A stretch of 64,000 nucleotides of DNA, from contig NC_042997.1 of the NCBI RefSeq assembly GCF_006345805.1, forward strand, positions 53,878,001 to 53,942,000, read 5' to 3'. Both the position numbers and the translations under genes were made by a program. Below the pieces are notes generated by a model. The model was not told where the DNA came from and did no database searches. It worked only from the letters and a program-made list of their open reading frames with translations. This document shows, piece by piece, positions 24,516-39,557 of the stretch (position 1 is its first letter; every line of letters starts with the position of its first letter). Origin of the DNA: Octopus sinensis. Taxonomy: Eukaryota.

Positions 24516-25288
24516 TCACATACGCACATACACCCACACATTCCTACATGCACACTCGTGCACGCACACACACACACACATACACGCATTTTAAACCTTC
24601 ATTTGCGCTCACAACGGTTGTTGATACATATTCACAAACAAACAATACAAAATATGTAAAACATTCCAGAAGTTTAATCTGGAGTATGTTCACACATGCA
24701 AGTAGTATATGCACATATGCAAATATGCACACATGCAAATAGTCACAAACAATGACAGGCATACTCACATACATACCTATATACATTCACACAAATATAC
24801 ACACTCATACATGCATGCATACATACATACATACATACATACATACATACATACATACATACATACATACATACATACATGCATGCATGCATGCATACAT
24901 ACATACATACATACATACATACATACATACATACATACATACATACATACATACATACAGCCTAGTTTATGTTGTCTAAATTTCGTTGAAAGAGTTCTGT
25001 TACTTGTTCAGAGACCAGCTCATTCTCTATTGGTGAAATATTTTAAAAAGAAAACCAAGGCAAACATACATTCAGAGATGGGTGTATATACACGCATTTT
25101 CTCATGCATATGTATATGGGACAAGAAAAATATATGTGTGCCCGCTCGTATAAAGCAGTGGGTGGGGACTATGTTGTCATCAGAATATAACTGTTCTACC
25201 CTTCCCTCATTTATCCTATTTTTATTTCTGCTTTTAATTTAAAACTTAATTCTTTAAAGGTTTCATTCTTATTATCTTCTACTGAGCT

Positions 25289-25480
25289 AAGGCGGTGAGC
25301 TGGCAGAACTGAACAAAATGCTTAGCGGCATTTCGTCTGTCTTTACGTTCTGAGCCGTGGTCGACTTTGCCTTTCATCCGTCGAGGTTGATAAAATAAGA
25401 ACCAGCAGGATACTGGAGTCGACGTAATCGACTTGCCCCTTCCTCCAAAAACTGCTGACTTTGTGTCAAAATTTGAAACC
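25289..25480 (+). mobile_element. SINE family B, tail type 3
   Basis: B head and centre; tail ...ctttgtgtcaaaatttgaaacc. Confidence 0.75.
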
Positions 25481-26253
25481 TTTATCTTATACTTAGTCAT
25501 GTACAAGTCCAACGTGGTTGCTATCAACTGATAGTGTCCACTTTCTCCCTCTGGTCTCTGGTTGTTAAGATGTTTCACTTAAGGTTCTCCTCGTAATTGT
25601 GATCTTCAACTATTGTTTATAGCTTCAGGAGGAATATTCCTTGTCCCACAAACTTATTCTTGACTCACTATCTTGACCTGAAGCAATCACCGATGATCCA
25701 TTGATTCAAACATGGTTATGAGACTGTCCTTTCCCGTTCAATACAATGTACCGTTGACCTACAGTATTCGAGACACTATTCTTCACACACAAACACTCTA
25801 AATCTATCTTCCCTTCTCAACTCTGAAATCATCTTGGTTGGTCAGTCATAAAACGTCTAGATAAACGCTCTACTTAACAGTTATAACGACCAAATACTCG
25901 TGCCTATCGCATCCTACTGTTTGAAGGGATACAGAATGATCCAGACTGGAATGCCTTTGCTCAGTTCTTTGAAGTCAGAGTAAAACTGAAGTTAAACATC
26001 ACCGCCGTGACCACCATCGCCGCCACCAACAGCAACAACTAGAATGATCACACATTGGTGAATATATTCCGATCATGACGGGATCAAGCATTTGATCTGT
26101 CTCATGTATGCACAGAATTACTATATATTTATTTGTAGTTAAATCCATTTATTTATAAACATTCCAATTATTTACAAACTTTCGTGTATCTAATGAGTAT
26201 ATTAAATATCTACATGTCTTTGATTATATATATATATGTATGTATGTGTATAC

Positions 26254-26286
<33 letters not shown>

Positions 26287-26613
26287 TAATTTAACCGCAT
26301 GTAAATGCATTACTGCTTTATTATTTAGAATGCTCTAGCTCGGGAACGAAATTTGCTTAAGGGCTGCAAATCCAGACCCAAAATGTTTTACAAACAAGGT
26401 CATATATGTTGCTTTATTTATTTGTGTTCTTTGTTCTTTGAGAAGAAACCTAATTCAAGTTACTTTTTACAGATCACTTTTTATTCACTGTTTTCTAGAT
26501 CTGAGAAAAGTAAGCAGGGGTGCAAATTTTGACTTTACACACCACAAAAATTTTAGAGGGTGCAAGCGCATCCCTTGTCCCGAACCCATAGCTTTTTCGG
26601 ATATATGATCCAC

Positions 26614-26681
<68 letters not shown>

Positions 26682-27619
26682 TGTGTGTGTGTCCGTATAT
26701 GTATGTAATGTATATGTGTATGTGTAATACTAATATATGTATGCATACATGTGTGACGAAGCGTAAATGGTATGTATACAACAATGAATGATATCTATGT
26801 AGTTATTTATTTGTGAATAAATATGCTTGTAACAAGCACTTAGACCGACAGAAATTTGTACGTAAATTGTGTGTGGGAGCAAGGAAGTGAGACGTCTGTG
26901 TGTGTGCACGTGTGTTTGTATGCGCATAGGTGTGTGGTGGTTGTGGTGGTGTTGTTATTGCTGCTGCTATTGTGATGATGATGATGATGATGATGATGAT
27001 GACGACGACGACGACGACGACGATGATTAGCCTCGGATCAGTTCTGATCGAGCAGGTCTATGATCAAAGGCATTCCGTTATGTTCTTTTCTAAGACAGTA
27101 ATAGGGTGTCGCTTAAGGTTAGATCAACCGGAACTTTGAGAAAGATTTGCCAACTATTTCTAGCGTGTCGAACAACTGACGGCAAGAAGTCTTCTTTGCT
27201 GGTTCGTGTATGAAGAAGAGTGTATGCGTGTGTGTACGTGTACGTTTTTGCAAGTGCATGTAAAGATTCAACAGCGAGTGAAATATATAATATATTTGTA
27301 AAGAATGTTGGCATTCTGCAGTAAAATAATTAAAAGAAAATTACTTTCAAAATTAAAAGCAAAAGTTAAAGCCTACAGATTTAGATAATTTTGCGGTGTC
27401 TACTTTTAGTTACGAGTGGATGTGAACGGTTATCGAAGTGTATGTAAGACAATAAAACAATCAGGAAACCAAAATTCAGTAGTATTGTAGAATACAGTCA
27501 ACTTTTGTCTGAGCTTGAAATTCTTGCTTCTTTCGATGGTTGTGTGCGTGTGTGTGTCTGTCTGTGTGTCTGTGTGTGTGTGGTGTGTGTGTGTGTGTGG
27601 GCGTGTTTGTATACAATTC

Positions 27620-28186
27620 TACTTGTTTCAGTCAATGGACTGCAGCCGTGCTGGAGAATCGACTTATAGTGTTGGTCGAATAAGTCGATCGCAGCACCAT
27701 TTTTAAAACCTGGTGTTTATTCTATCGGTCTCTTTTGCCAAATTGCTAGGTTACAGAAACGTAAAACAAACCTACACCAGTTGTGTTGTTCGGGAAAAAC
27801 ACATCCACAAAGACACATACTTACACTCGTAAAGACACACACATCCATACACACACACACATACACACACACATATATATATATATGCATACATACATAC
27901 ATACATACAAGCACACACATATATATACATATTTATATATATGTATATTATATATACATATATACATATCCGTGTGTGTGTGTGTTTGTGCCTGTGCTTG
28001 TTCTCTTCACACCGCTTGATAACCGGTGTTGCTTTATTTACGTCCCCGTATTCTAGCGGTTCGGCAAAATTAGAAACCGATGTAATATGTACCAAATTTT
28101 AAAATAAACTACTGGGTCGATTTATTCGACTAAACTCTTCCAGGCTTTACTCCAGCATAGCCACAGTCCGATGATTGCAACAAGGA
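27620..28186. mobile_element. two diverged SINE A 3' halves in inverted orientation around a microsatellite
   Basis: 27620-27790 on the minus strand and 27985-28186 on the plus strand both match the A 3' half. Confidence 0.65.
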
Positions 28187-31100
28187 GCCTATGATATATA
28201 TGCTATTGTCACCATCCTTTCGGGGTCGACAAAAGAAAAGAACTATCATACCAATCCAAGGATGTAGAATGGTGGTATTTGCTCCACCTCTTTGTGTTTG
28301 AATATAAATCTCGAAATGGCCCACTTGGTAGTGGGGGCCATCATCCGTCGTCCGCTAAAGATTCTTTAGCGGAAGATTCCACTTTGTTGCACGCTTTGGG
28401 GCCAGGTCTTCGGTTTGAGGATATTTTCCTCCCTCCCACCAATCTCAGAAGCCCTATGAAGAATCATGGGTACTGCTTTCTCTCTTGACTAAAGAATAAA
28501 GTTTTTATACTTATGTGAGAAAACGGCAGACATATTTGTTGCTAGTGAATTATTGTCTCTTTTCGAACCGAAACATATTTGAAATTTAATAATAATTGAT
28601 AATTTATAATGAAAGATGATAAGTATAGTAAGTATGTATATTTATGTTGTTATGTTCTTGTTATTATTTACACCTGGTTTAGAAATGATCACTCATCAAG
28701 GATCAAAGACGTTCCCGCCAGGTTTCTTTTCTTTTCAGGAAGTCTATCTACGACTACATTATCCAATATGTTCTACATGATTTTAAAGACAGTAGGATGA
28801 GCTTTGAGGGAGATGGGTTACTGTTTCTAGCAATTCAAACGGTCCTGTCAAGACTCCCTTCCACTCATTGGTAGAACCATGGCTTTATCTTCAAAGCAGT
28901 TATCAATAGTGAGCGTTCTTCTCAAACTACTGCTGGGATTCGTAAATATTTGTATATTATTTTGTATGATGTGTGAGTGTATATATATATATATATATAT
29001 ATATACATAAATACATACATACACACACACAAACACAAACATACACACATGCACACACATTAATAGTATCTTTTAAAAGAACATATATCTAAAAGATATC
29101 AAAGAGGATGAGATTGAGAAGCTTCAGTATTTTCAAACATCCAATCTTCAATCTTACTCAAGTATTTCATTTTACTTTATTTTTTAATTATTTTATTTTA
29201 GGTTTCAACTTAGACTAGTAGAGATATAAAAAGTAAATATTCAGTACTTAAGATTTGCTTTGATCGTTTCATTCTTGCGATGATATTAAAATATTTTGCT
29301 AGTACTCCCACATTCCATTTTTAGGCTACAAATAAAGTCTTATATTGAATTAATAAATAATTTAATTTTACTTCTTTTCAAAACATGGCAAAGTTAATTA
29401 CATAATGTAGTTAGTTTCAGTTTTGAGAATACAACATCAGTAAAGCTGACTAAAGTGAACGGCAAGCGCCTCGTTTTGAATTAGCAAACTGCAAGAATAG
29501 TCGGAACAATAGCTGTAGGAAGAATACACCTTTTGTCTCATATGTCTTCGGTACATTAACCAAAAGGGGGAAAAAATGAATTGTTAGCAGTAGATTAAAA
29601 ATACATTCATTCTTAACAGATGCAACATCAAACAGATTAGGGGGCTAATTTTTAAGACCTATACAGTGATGAGTTCCTCATGTCAGTGTAGCATGAAGAG
29701 GAGATGGGCTCCACTAGGTTTCCTTGCTCCATGCATTCTACATGTAGACAGAGTCTAAAGAGAAAGATGATATGAAGTAAACTAGACAAGTTTATGTTAC
29801 TAAATTGCTACGGAAATCATGGGTTGGATCGTATTTTTCATAATCACGACATTTTGCACTAAAGTTTTTATATGATTGTATATATATCTTCTAAATATGT
29901 AAAGTTAATTGATATATATTTCTTTTTTTAATGTTAAGTGATATAATAGGCAACAATATCAAACCGAAAAGAGAAACTTTCCCAAATGCTGCTAATGATC
30001 TTTATTATTTAAGTTATTAGAAGTTTGTTCATTCATAAATATGTTATATATGACATCTAAAAGCATTCTACTTTAAGTGATATTTAAAAAATTACCGTAT
30101 CCGTTCGTTCAATAATCTGTTATTTTGTTTAAATTGCAAACATAATCTATTTTTCTCAGGAACACCGTACATATTTTTTGTTTATTTAATTTCTTTCATA
30201 TCATTTTATTAACCTTAGCTTTTACAATTCATTCTATATTAACTTGGTTGGGTTGTAGGGAAATCCTAGGAGACTTCATCTCTGTGTACAATATCTAAGA
30301 CAAGTCCGGCTGATGTCATCAATCCGTTCTCCAATCTATATTCAATGGAGGAACTCGGTGCTGCACATTAGTAAACCCTTCGTCAATTTTACAGCGCAGC
30401 TCTACCACAGCCTACATTGATGAATTATTCCTGTTTTAAAAGGAGTCTATTGCTGGATGGCCTGTAACTTGTTATGTGAAGGTCCAGCATTGTCACATTT
30501 GTGTCACGCTGATTCTACCTAAGAAATATATTAAGTGTACACATGTACACATGTCTGTGGAATACTCAGTCACTTCGCACACAAATTCAACGAGCAAGCT
30601 GTCCATTTCAACAAATAGTTGAACGCTCAAACGTTGAAATCGATGAGAGAGGCCATTAATATTCCTATCCAGCTGATCGTTATAGGAATAGATATTGGAG
30701 AATCATAATTTCTTAACCACATATACGATAGCAACGACAGAGTACAGACTGACGAATTCTACTCTGGTTATTGGGTGCCACATTTAGCTAAGTCTTCAGT
30801 ATTTCATTTCTTTGATGAGTGATCAGGATCTTTCGCCACTGCTTCGCTTGTCTCTGAAGTGTGTTAACATGTTAGAAATAATTCTCTTCCACACAAAATA
30901 ACGTCAGTTGCTTATGCTTAGTTTAAGTTCAGCATTGCAAGGTAATGAAGCAGAGCAATGCGATCTGTAGATGTTTGTAGTACAGTGAGAGTGTGACAGC
31001 ATGAAATGATGTTACAAGATGTGAAATCAAGTTTGCAAAGAAATATGAAGTATTTCATGTCAGATAACTACCCTTTCTGCTTTCGCTGTCTATACTGAGA

Positions 31101-31876
31101 ATCTATAAAATATCGATATTATAACAAGCTGAAATGTCAATATTTAGTACACTGTTACTGCTACAGCGTTGTTTCGGTAGAAGACACTTAACACAAAACA
31201 GCCGAATTTTCCTAGCTCTCCTTTATGGCTCATTAATGTTAACAGAGACAGGTCTACATAACTGGAAAGTATTTCGTTATTTTCTAGTACTGAAATCAAC
31301 TCTGAGACTAGGGGTGGGAGAGAGAACTTAGCCTGAAAACGTCCCCATGTATTCTTTTTTTTAAACCACATGAAGATCGGATCTTCAAGTTGTGGTGTGC
31401 CAACAAACCGTTCGAGTTACAAGACGCATTTTCCTAAATACACATTTGCAAAGTCATTAATCCACATATGAATTCATATCTCACAAATACAGACGCATTT
31501 CAAGTATTTGTCTGAAGAGGGAATTACTGTTCCCTAACCTTGGCACAGGATTACAAATATGTATGTAGAATCATATTGTTGTGTGGACGCCCCCAGACGA
31601 TGAAGTAGGCTGACCCAATACGTAGATATAGAGGGAGAAGTCTAGACGTCGTCAGACTAGAGAAGTAAGAGTAGAATTGAGTAGAAGGTATCCGAATGTG
31701 CGACATAACTCATATCGATATGGATTTGATTAGAATTATAGTAATTTTAACTGTACTGCTATTTTTTTTTTTTTTTTGGAAATGTCCATCAAAAATGAAT
31801 GAATATCACTGCCACTCGCTTCCATTTCTAAAAAAGCATTAAAATCCTTAGCATGTACATATCCCGAATAACGGAG

Positions 31877-31879
<3 letters not shown>

Positions 31880-31920
<41 letters not shown>

Positions 31921-32180
31921 CGACGACGACGATGGGAACGACGACAACGACGACAACGACGACGACGTTAACGATAATGATGGTTGTTGTTGTTATTGTT
32001 TTTGTTGTTGTTGTTGGTGGTGGTGGTGGTGGTGGTGTGGTGGTGGTGGTGGTGGTGGTGGTGGTGGTGGTGGTGGTGGCGGCGGCGGCGGCGGTGGCGG
32101 TGGTGGTGGTGTGGTGGTGGTGGTGGTGGTGGTGGTGGTGGTGGTGGTGGTGGTGGTGGAGGCGGCGACAACGATGATGA
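31880..32180. repeat. compound trinucleotide array (GAT)(GAC)(GTT)(GGT)(GGC)
   Basis: Seen directly. Confidence 0.95.
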
Positions 32181-32436
32181 CACCAAACGCCGGCATGCAG
32201 AAACATATACGCATACAACCTTCACACGATTACAGTGTGTATAATAGTGTAAAGTTTGTATGTTATGAAACGAATTAACTGTGTCTATCTGTGAGCATGG
32301 CGTTAGAAATTATAAATACCAATTTCATATAAAGAAAGGAGAAACAGGCCCCCTAATGGGTTAGAACCACTTATCTATCGCTTGCTAGGTGACCATATTA
32401 CCGATTATACAACAGGATGCCAATCAATCTCTCTCG

Positions 32437-32484
<48 letters not shown>

Positions 32485-32496
32485 CTCTCTCTCTCG

Positions 32497-32534
<38 letters not shown>

Positions 32535-32692
32535 TTCCTCTCTCTTTCTCTCTCCCTCCCTTTCTCAAATTAGGTACTTCAATTTATTGTTCTCTGCAAT
32601 GTTTTTTCTTAAACTGAAGTATTTTTATTTCTGCATGATAATTAGCCATTTACATATAATTATATATATATAGATAGATAGATTCATACATT

Positions 32693-32723
<31 letters not shown>

Positions 32724-32802
32724 CACACACACACACACGCACACACACACACACACACACAACACACACACACACACACACACAGATACATACATACATA
32801 CA

Positions 32803-32895
<93 letters not shown>

Positions 32896-32898
<3 letters not shown>

Positions 32899-33077
32899 CG
32901 GGAAGCTTTATGAAAATAAACAAAAGACGAAGGCAGGTGGAATACAAACAAACAATTGTATTAGTATGGCGCTCAGGAATATAAATAAAACAAGTCTTTT
33001 ACGTTTCGAGCCTACGCTCTTCAACAGAAAGATACACAGAGAAGAAACACAGAAAGAAGGAGAGAAAAAAAATGCGT
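32896..33077 (-). mobile_element. family P2 element with hammerhead-like motif at 32995-33032
   Basis: Closely similar to 3369-3520; core ctgttga; stem I tcttt/aaaga; abuts (TA)n. Confidence 0.65.
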
Positions 33078-33317
33078 TATACATACATATAGTGTGTGTG
33101 CACGCGCGTATGTATTAGAAAACAAAAAGAAGAAAATACTCGGAGAATTTTATCATGCATAAAAGCAAAAATGTTTTTACATTTTTATTAAAATATGCAT
33201 ATTTTGATAAAAATGAAAATACTTTCCTATTTTTATAAGTGATAAAGTTTTCAAAGCATTTATATATATATATATATTTTATATATATATATAAATTTAT
33301 TCGAGTAAGACTTCATA

Positions 33318-33362
<45 letters not shown>

Positions 33363-33412
33363 CGTCGGTAAAACATAAATCCGAAAAAGAAGCATGCTCT
33401 TGGCCTTATCTT

Positions 33413-33456
<44 letters not shown>

Positions 33457-33606
33457 AGGCGCAGGCGTGAGTGTGTGGTAAGAAGCTTGCTTCCCAACCA
33501 CATGGTTCCGGGTTCAGTCCCACTGTGTAGCCCCTTGGAGAAGTGTCTTGTGCTATAGCCTCGGATCCACGAAAGCCCTGTGAGTGGATTTGGTAGACAA
33601 AAACTG
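33457..33606 (+). mobile_element. SINE family A, 5' half
   Basis: aggcgcaggcgtgagtgtgtggtaagaagcttgc...tggatttggtagac followed by (GT)n. Confidence 0.8.
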
Positions 33607-33607
33607 T

Positions 33608-33699
<92 letters not shown>

Positions 33700-34269
33700 G
33701 TGTGTAAATCTGTTGTATATGTTCATTATTTTACTCAGGCACATATGCCTGTATATATTTATATTCACTTCGATTCCACCTTTATTCACTTTGAAAGGCC
33801 TTCAATCGGACCAACAAGAAACAACAGTCAAAACCTCTTCAAATTACACACTACTGTCTTAGAAAGTGAAAGATACATAACACAACGTAGTTATGGATAC
33901 ATTATATCCGAATGGAAGACTAGTTGGATAACTTTAAAGATTGGTCTGCTCGATTAAGCCTGGCCGGTCCTAAACAACAATCAATTTTCGTAGAGGAATG
34001 TATAATCGATTCAATTGATTACTGATATTTATAATATCAACCCAATGTGATGAAGATCAAACTACACATCGGCAGTATTTGAAGATAGTAGAGTAATGAA
34101 ACCTAAATGTAGAAATGCATTAGTTTGGAGTTCTGTGTTTTCTATCAACACGCCGCTGTGTTGTATTTAAGTACTGGTCTTCGTTTATGGTGAACGTCGT
34201 ATAGCAAAAGGTGAACTCGTAGACGACAAAGACCGCTCCGCAGTTTCAAGCTATTCACTTCAGCTACAC

Positions 34270-34534
34270 CAGTGGCTCTCAACTGGAGTCCTCATGACCA
34301 TTGGGGGTCCATATAAGATTAGGATTTTGTTGTTAAAATTTATGTGCAATAGTTTGGTTATACTTCTATAATACCCAAAATATCGTAACAGTTTTTTTTA
34401 ATATATCATACCTGATAATATTTAATTACAAAAATATAATCGGATTTTTTAAACTTCAAATGGCTATGGGGATCCAGTCGAGTAAAAAAAGGAACCAAAG
34501 GGGTTCATAGGCAAAAAATGGTTGAAAATCTATG
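34270..34534. mobile_element. hAT (Charlie-like) MITE
   Basis: Ends cagtggctctcaac / gttgaaaatctatg; 8-bp flanks agctacac / aaatacac. Confidence 0.55.
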
Positions 34535-34668
34535 AAATACACCCTACTGCCATTCACAAAAGGTTTAAACATCCCATTTGCTTTCTCCCTAATATATAAA
34601 AGTTTTGTGTCAATACTCTCTCGCTAAAATACATCATGTCATATCAACACATCTAAAATTCGTAGAAA

Positions 34669-34975
34669 GGAGGATAGCTGGCAGAATTGTCTACACCCCG
34701 GACAAAATGCTTTGCGACATTTCTTCTGGTGCTTTACGTTCTGAGTTCAAATCCCTTCGAGGTCAAATTTGCCTTTCGTCTCTTCGAGGTCGATAAGTTA
34801 AAGTAGCAGTCAAATACTGAAGTCGATGTAACTGACTTGCCCCTTTCTCTCAAAATGGCTGGCCTTGAACTCTGCAAGGTATCGGCGTCTCGTTCAGGGG
34901 AATATTGGGATCTCGGTTACTTATACGCCATGGAAACTGGGTAACCGGCCTTATATGTTCTTAGGTACGAGAAAA
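34669..34975 (+). mobile_element. old SINE B head joined to a V-like tail resembling the family C type 1 tail
   Basis: B head and centre to about 34866, then ctgcaaggtatcggcgtctcgttcagggg...tatacgccatggaaactggg. Confidence 0.6.
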
Positions 34976-37900
34976 AAATTATAGCTTTTCAAACAAAATA
35001 TCACTGAATTGAGTGTTTTGCGAAGATAGAACAGTCCCACCGAAATATAAAATTATTATTGTTCAACTTTTGGAAATCAACATCGTATGTGATTTCAATG
35101 CGTATAAGACTTTCTAGCTCTTCTTGTTTCTCAAGGTTAAAATCTTTTTCATCCCAAACTACCTATATCAATTAGTATCTTCACTCACTCGTATCACTGC
35201 TTAACACACTGACTTCCAAGATACTTACCTTTACATCCAACCTACCGTCGGTCGTAGTTTCTTCCGTAATAAAGTTTCACAGCATCCAAGGTGCAAATAC
35301 ACTTTTAATGTCGCTATTTTATTTAACAGGCAAAACAAGCCAGAGAAAATCTTGCACTCATTCTCATCGACGCCCAAGAGCTGCAACCCTGTCCCTATTG
35401 GCTCCTCTTACAACACCTCTACGTATAGAATCATTCGGCCATTGTCTTAGCATGATTTTTCATACAATATCCCCCTACTTCGCAGTATCTTTTGTTCCTC
35501 GAACCCTCTGCAACATACAAGGTAAAATGGAAAGGTACTTCAACTAGATGCTTCACACACTAGAAATATAAGTACAAGTTCTTTTATTTGGAGGTTATTA
35601 TTATGTTTTTGTAGTGCTGAATAATGACTCGGATACAGATGGTGGATACAGATGGTGTAGATATACTCTCAATAGAAAAATAGGTATGTAGGTAGCATAA
35701 TTTACGACAATCAGAAATAGAATAATTATATTCAGACAAATGATAGACCACATTCAGTATCCATCGCCATTTCATTATTTTCCAAGAGTTGCAATATCGG
35801 ACAATTTGATAGACTAATTCATTGAAGACATTGTGCAGGCTACTTCAAGAGTCGGTGACAGTGATACTGTCATCAGAACTATGTGTCTAACATAGTATTA
35901 TATGTAATACTACTAAACAAATTTGAATTAGTCTTTTGATGTTCATTGCCTTAAATATACTGATACTATCTTAATTACATTTTTCATGCGGAGAGAGTCT
36001 CTGAGTAATTTTCCTTTATGACTCATTTTTGCTAAATGTACTATTATATTCATCAGAGTATTTTTATATAAAAATTAGGTGTTAAATATTATATTCCATT
36101 ACCCCAGTATTATAGAACGCCTTATTTTATCTGGCAATATTTAACTTGTCACTCTTACTCATTCAATTCTACTTAAGCGATGTCGATTGTTACATCAAAA
36201 CAGTTCTTAACATTTCTTACCAAATTCAGTCCTATAACTTAAAACTACTTTTACCCTCGAAACATTACCAGAGCACATGCCACATATTTACAAAATGATT
36301 TTCTTGATAACAACTTCTTACTCCTAAAAGTGTTTCATCTCCCCACTTCTGGTGCTTTATTATTAAAATCTCATCTCATTTCATCTCACCTCTCTTTCTC
36401 CCATCTCTATCTATCTATCTATCTATCTATCTCACACTCTTTCTCTCTCTCTCTCTCTCTCTCTCGCTCTCTCTCTCTCTCTCACTCTGCAAATACATAC
36501 AAATATGCCATATTTTCAGACACACATGCACTTATGCACATACACACATAAATGCATATTCACACACGTACAAACGCGCGCGCGCACGCGCACGCGCACA
36601 CACTCTACAATGTATATGCAAAGTTAATTAACTGCTATTTTGGAAATTCTCTGGTATCCACTTTGCTATTCTTGAAAACTAATTAGCTTCTTTTTCGTTT
36701 GAATTAAGTCTTCAAGATATTAAAGAGCGATAATTTAGTTGACTTCTCTATTTTTTTTTTAAATTCTTAAATGAAGGCTTTGGTAATGAGTTTTATTCGG
36801 AGTATTGAATCTATTGCTTTCAAAGACTTAACAGAGATTATTCCTGGGAAATCTATCGACATAGTTGCAATACATAAGCTGAATTAGAGCAAAGCTTTTC
36901 TTAAAATTGCTTTATCTATCCCCATGTCATATCATTGGATGCTTTATTACTTTTATCCAGTTGTGACGAACTAATTGCGTTTGCACAAATCTAACGATAA
37001 GATCGGAATTTTTCTTAACTATAATAACATTTTTCAAAGTGAAATTTATTTTAATTACTTTCTACAAACAAGAACATGATATTTATCTGAAAACTAACTA
37101 TTATGTCTTGTTCTGAAACGTAAATAGATGTTACTGACTCAGTGTCTTGTATCGTCTGTTGATCCAGTGATGAAACTCATCGTCTATGAGGTTCTCATAG
37201 TCTGTGAGGTTCTCCTAGAGTTTAACAGCTGGAATATTACAAGAGATTTTTACGATAACTATCAAATAAAAAGAAATGTAAGTACCCTGTGAGACTACAG
37301 GCACTGTGTACATACAGTCTTGGGTAGGGATTCGGAAGAGAGAATTACAAAAGGTATGAAATGAAATCAGTGGGTACGAAGATAAAGGAGGAAAATGTGC
37401 AGAAGACCAGACATAAGGTTAGTGAGTGAGCGAGAGTTAGTCAAGCAAAATAAAAGCTCTTATCAAGTCGAGTTCGCATCTCAGCTTTGCTTCTCGATTG
37501 AAGCTTGTTTCACTTCACTTATTTAATGATCTTGAGAAATGCATGGTGTCGTACAATATTATTCTACTTCTGTAACCAGATCTGATTAGGTACCTAAATA
37601 AGAAATCAAAAAGCGTTGTTAATAGGGTTCGAATGATTAAGTTGAATACGAGAGTATTGTCTGTATTTTGAATATAAAAATAATTAAAATAATTTAATAT
37701 ACTTTTATTCCATTGTTGGTTTCAGTCATTTACTGTGGTTACAGTGGAGCAATGCCTTCAAGAGTTTTGTCGATGATATTTTACTTCTTTCAGTGGGAAA
37801 CTAAATTCATCGTTTTCTGGTTGTCGAACCACCGTAAAGGAAAATTATATAAACACAGAACCGGTTTTAGTAATGATGCATTCTTATATTGTGTCCCTTC

Positions 37901-37987
37901 TGTTCCGCAAAGAGTATCTAAAGTTGGGCAGAAACACATACAAAAACTTATATATATACACGCGTGCCACACACACTCACACACACG

Positions 37988-38036
<49 letters not shown>

Positions 38037-38495
38037 CACACACACACACATACACACACACGTGCCACCTTTTTTTTTTGCCTGTTCATTCTGTCACGCT
38101 AACGAGAAGAGTGACAATAGGAAGATCAAAATGAGAAGCAATCGAAGGATGGGGTGTTTATTATGCTGATTGGAGTGACAAAGAGAGAAAATGAGCGAGA
38201 GAAGGAGATTTATAATGAAAGTGAGTTGTATGGAGTGTTGGATTAGCAGACCAATGAACATCAACGAAAGAGACTGAATAAATTCAACAAGGATTCGTAT
38301 TTCAAAGCAAAGCAACTGGATATAAAAGATGGCTACTTTATTACGTGTCATACAGAGTTCAACTAACTAAATGGAATGACAGATTATCTTGGAATTACAG
38401 ATTGAAAATCACGAGGCCCAAGAAAAACTCTTGTAATCAATCATCTTGTCAAGGATTCTGGTAATTAAGGAATTGTCGTAATTAAATATTTCTAT

Positions 38496-39070
38496 ATTCT
38501 TTTCTACACTAGGCACAAGGCCCGAAATTTTGGGGAAGGGGGCCAGTCGATTAGATCGACCCCAGTACGCAACTGATACCTAATTGATCGATCCCGAAAG
38601 GATGAAAGGCAAAGTCGACCACGGCGGAATTTGAATTCAGAACGTAAAGACAGACGAAATACCTATTTCTTTACTACCCACAAGGGGCTAAACACAGAGA
38701 GGACAAACAAGGACAGACAAACGGATTAAGTCGATTATATCGAACCCAGTGTATAACTAGTACTTATTTAATCGACCCCGAAAGGATGAAAGGCAAAGTC
38801 GACCACGGCGGAATTTGAATTCAGAACGTAAAGACAGACGAAATACCTATTTCTTTACTACCCACAAGGGGCTAAACACAGAGAGGACAAACAAGGACAG
38901 ACAAACGGATTAAGTCAATTATATCGAACTCAGTGTATAACTGGTACTTATTTAATCGACCCCGAAAGGAAGAAAGGCAAAGTCGACCTCGGCGGAATTT
39001 GAACTCATAACGTAACGGCAGACGAAATTCGGCTACGCATTTCGCCCGGCGTGCTAACGTTTCTGCCAGC
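38496..39070 (-). mobile_element. SINE family B trimer (two Tx1-like tails, then tail type 2)
   Basis: Three centre modules with identical junctions gacgaaatacctatttctttactaccc. Confidence 0.85.
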
Positions 39071-39557
39071 TTGTATATTTTATTTGTATTCAAATAAACA
39101 AATCATAAAAGAGGACGTTTGGTGCGACATAAACTTGAAGTGGACATGATAATAAATTTTGCTTGCAATTTTCTATAATTTGTGTGTATGTGCGTGTATG
39201 TATGTATGTATGTATGTATGTATGTATGTATGTATGTATGTATGTATGTATGTATGTATAGAGTGTTTGAAGTGGTGTACAGATATTGAATATTGAGAAA
39301 AAGGAAGCAGTCAGAATTTGGATAATCCTTTAGTAGAACATTCGTTCGTTTTCGAACACAAGACAAAATAAAAATCAAAATGATAAAAACAGAATGTTTT
39401 GTTGTTCATTTATATGAATCGAATGTTCTTTTGCTTTGTTTAGAAGAGGAGTATATTGTTTTTGTGTTTGGGGATAAAGGGAGAGAGAGAGAAGAAAAGC
39501 AAAGCGGGGAGGAAATAGATTGTTGTGATGAGAAGTACGACACCCCCTTGCAAGAGA

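Noticed and set aside
29202-29232. Possible 31-nt exon (tttttag...gtaaat-like signals)
   Set aside because: No partner exons or recognisable coding content.
31736-32244. Poly-H/T/P/M/V/W/G ORFs (also 61306-61764 and 26930-27139)
   Set aside because: Trinucleotide microsatellites open in several frames.
38496-39070. Regularly spaced repeats as a CRISPR-like array
   Set aside because: Units are about 185-bp SINE monomers without unique spacers, in eukaryotic DNA.
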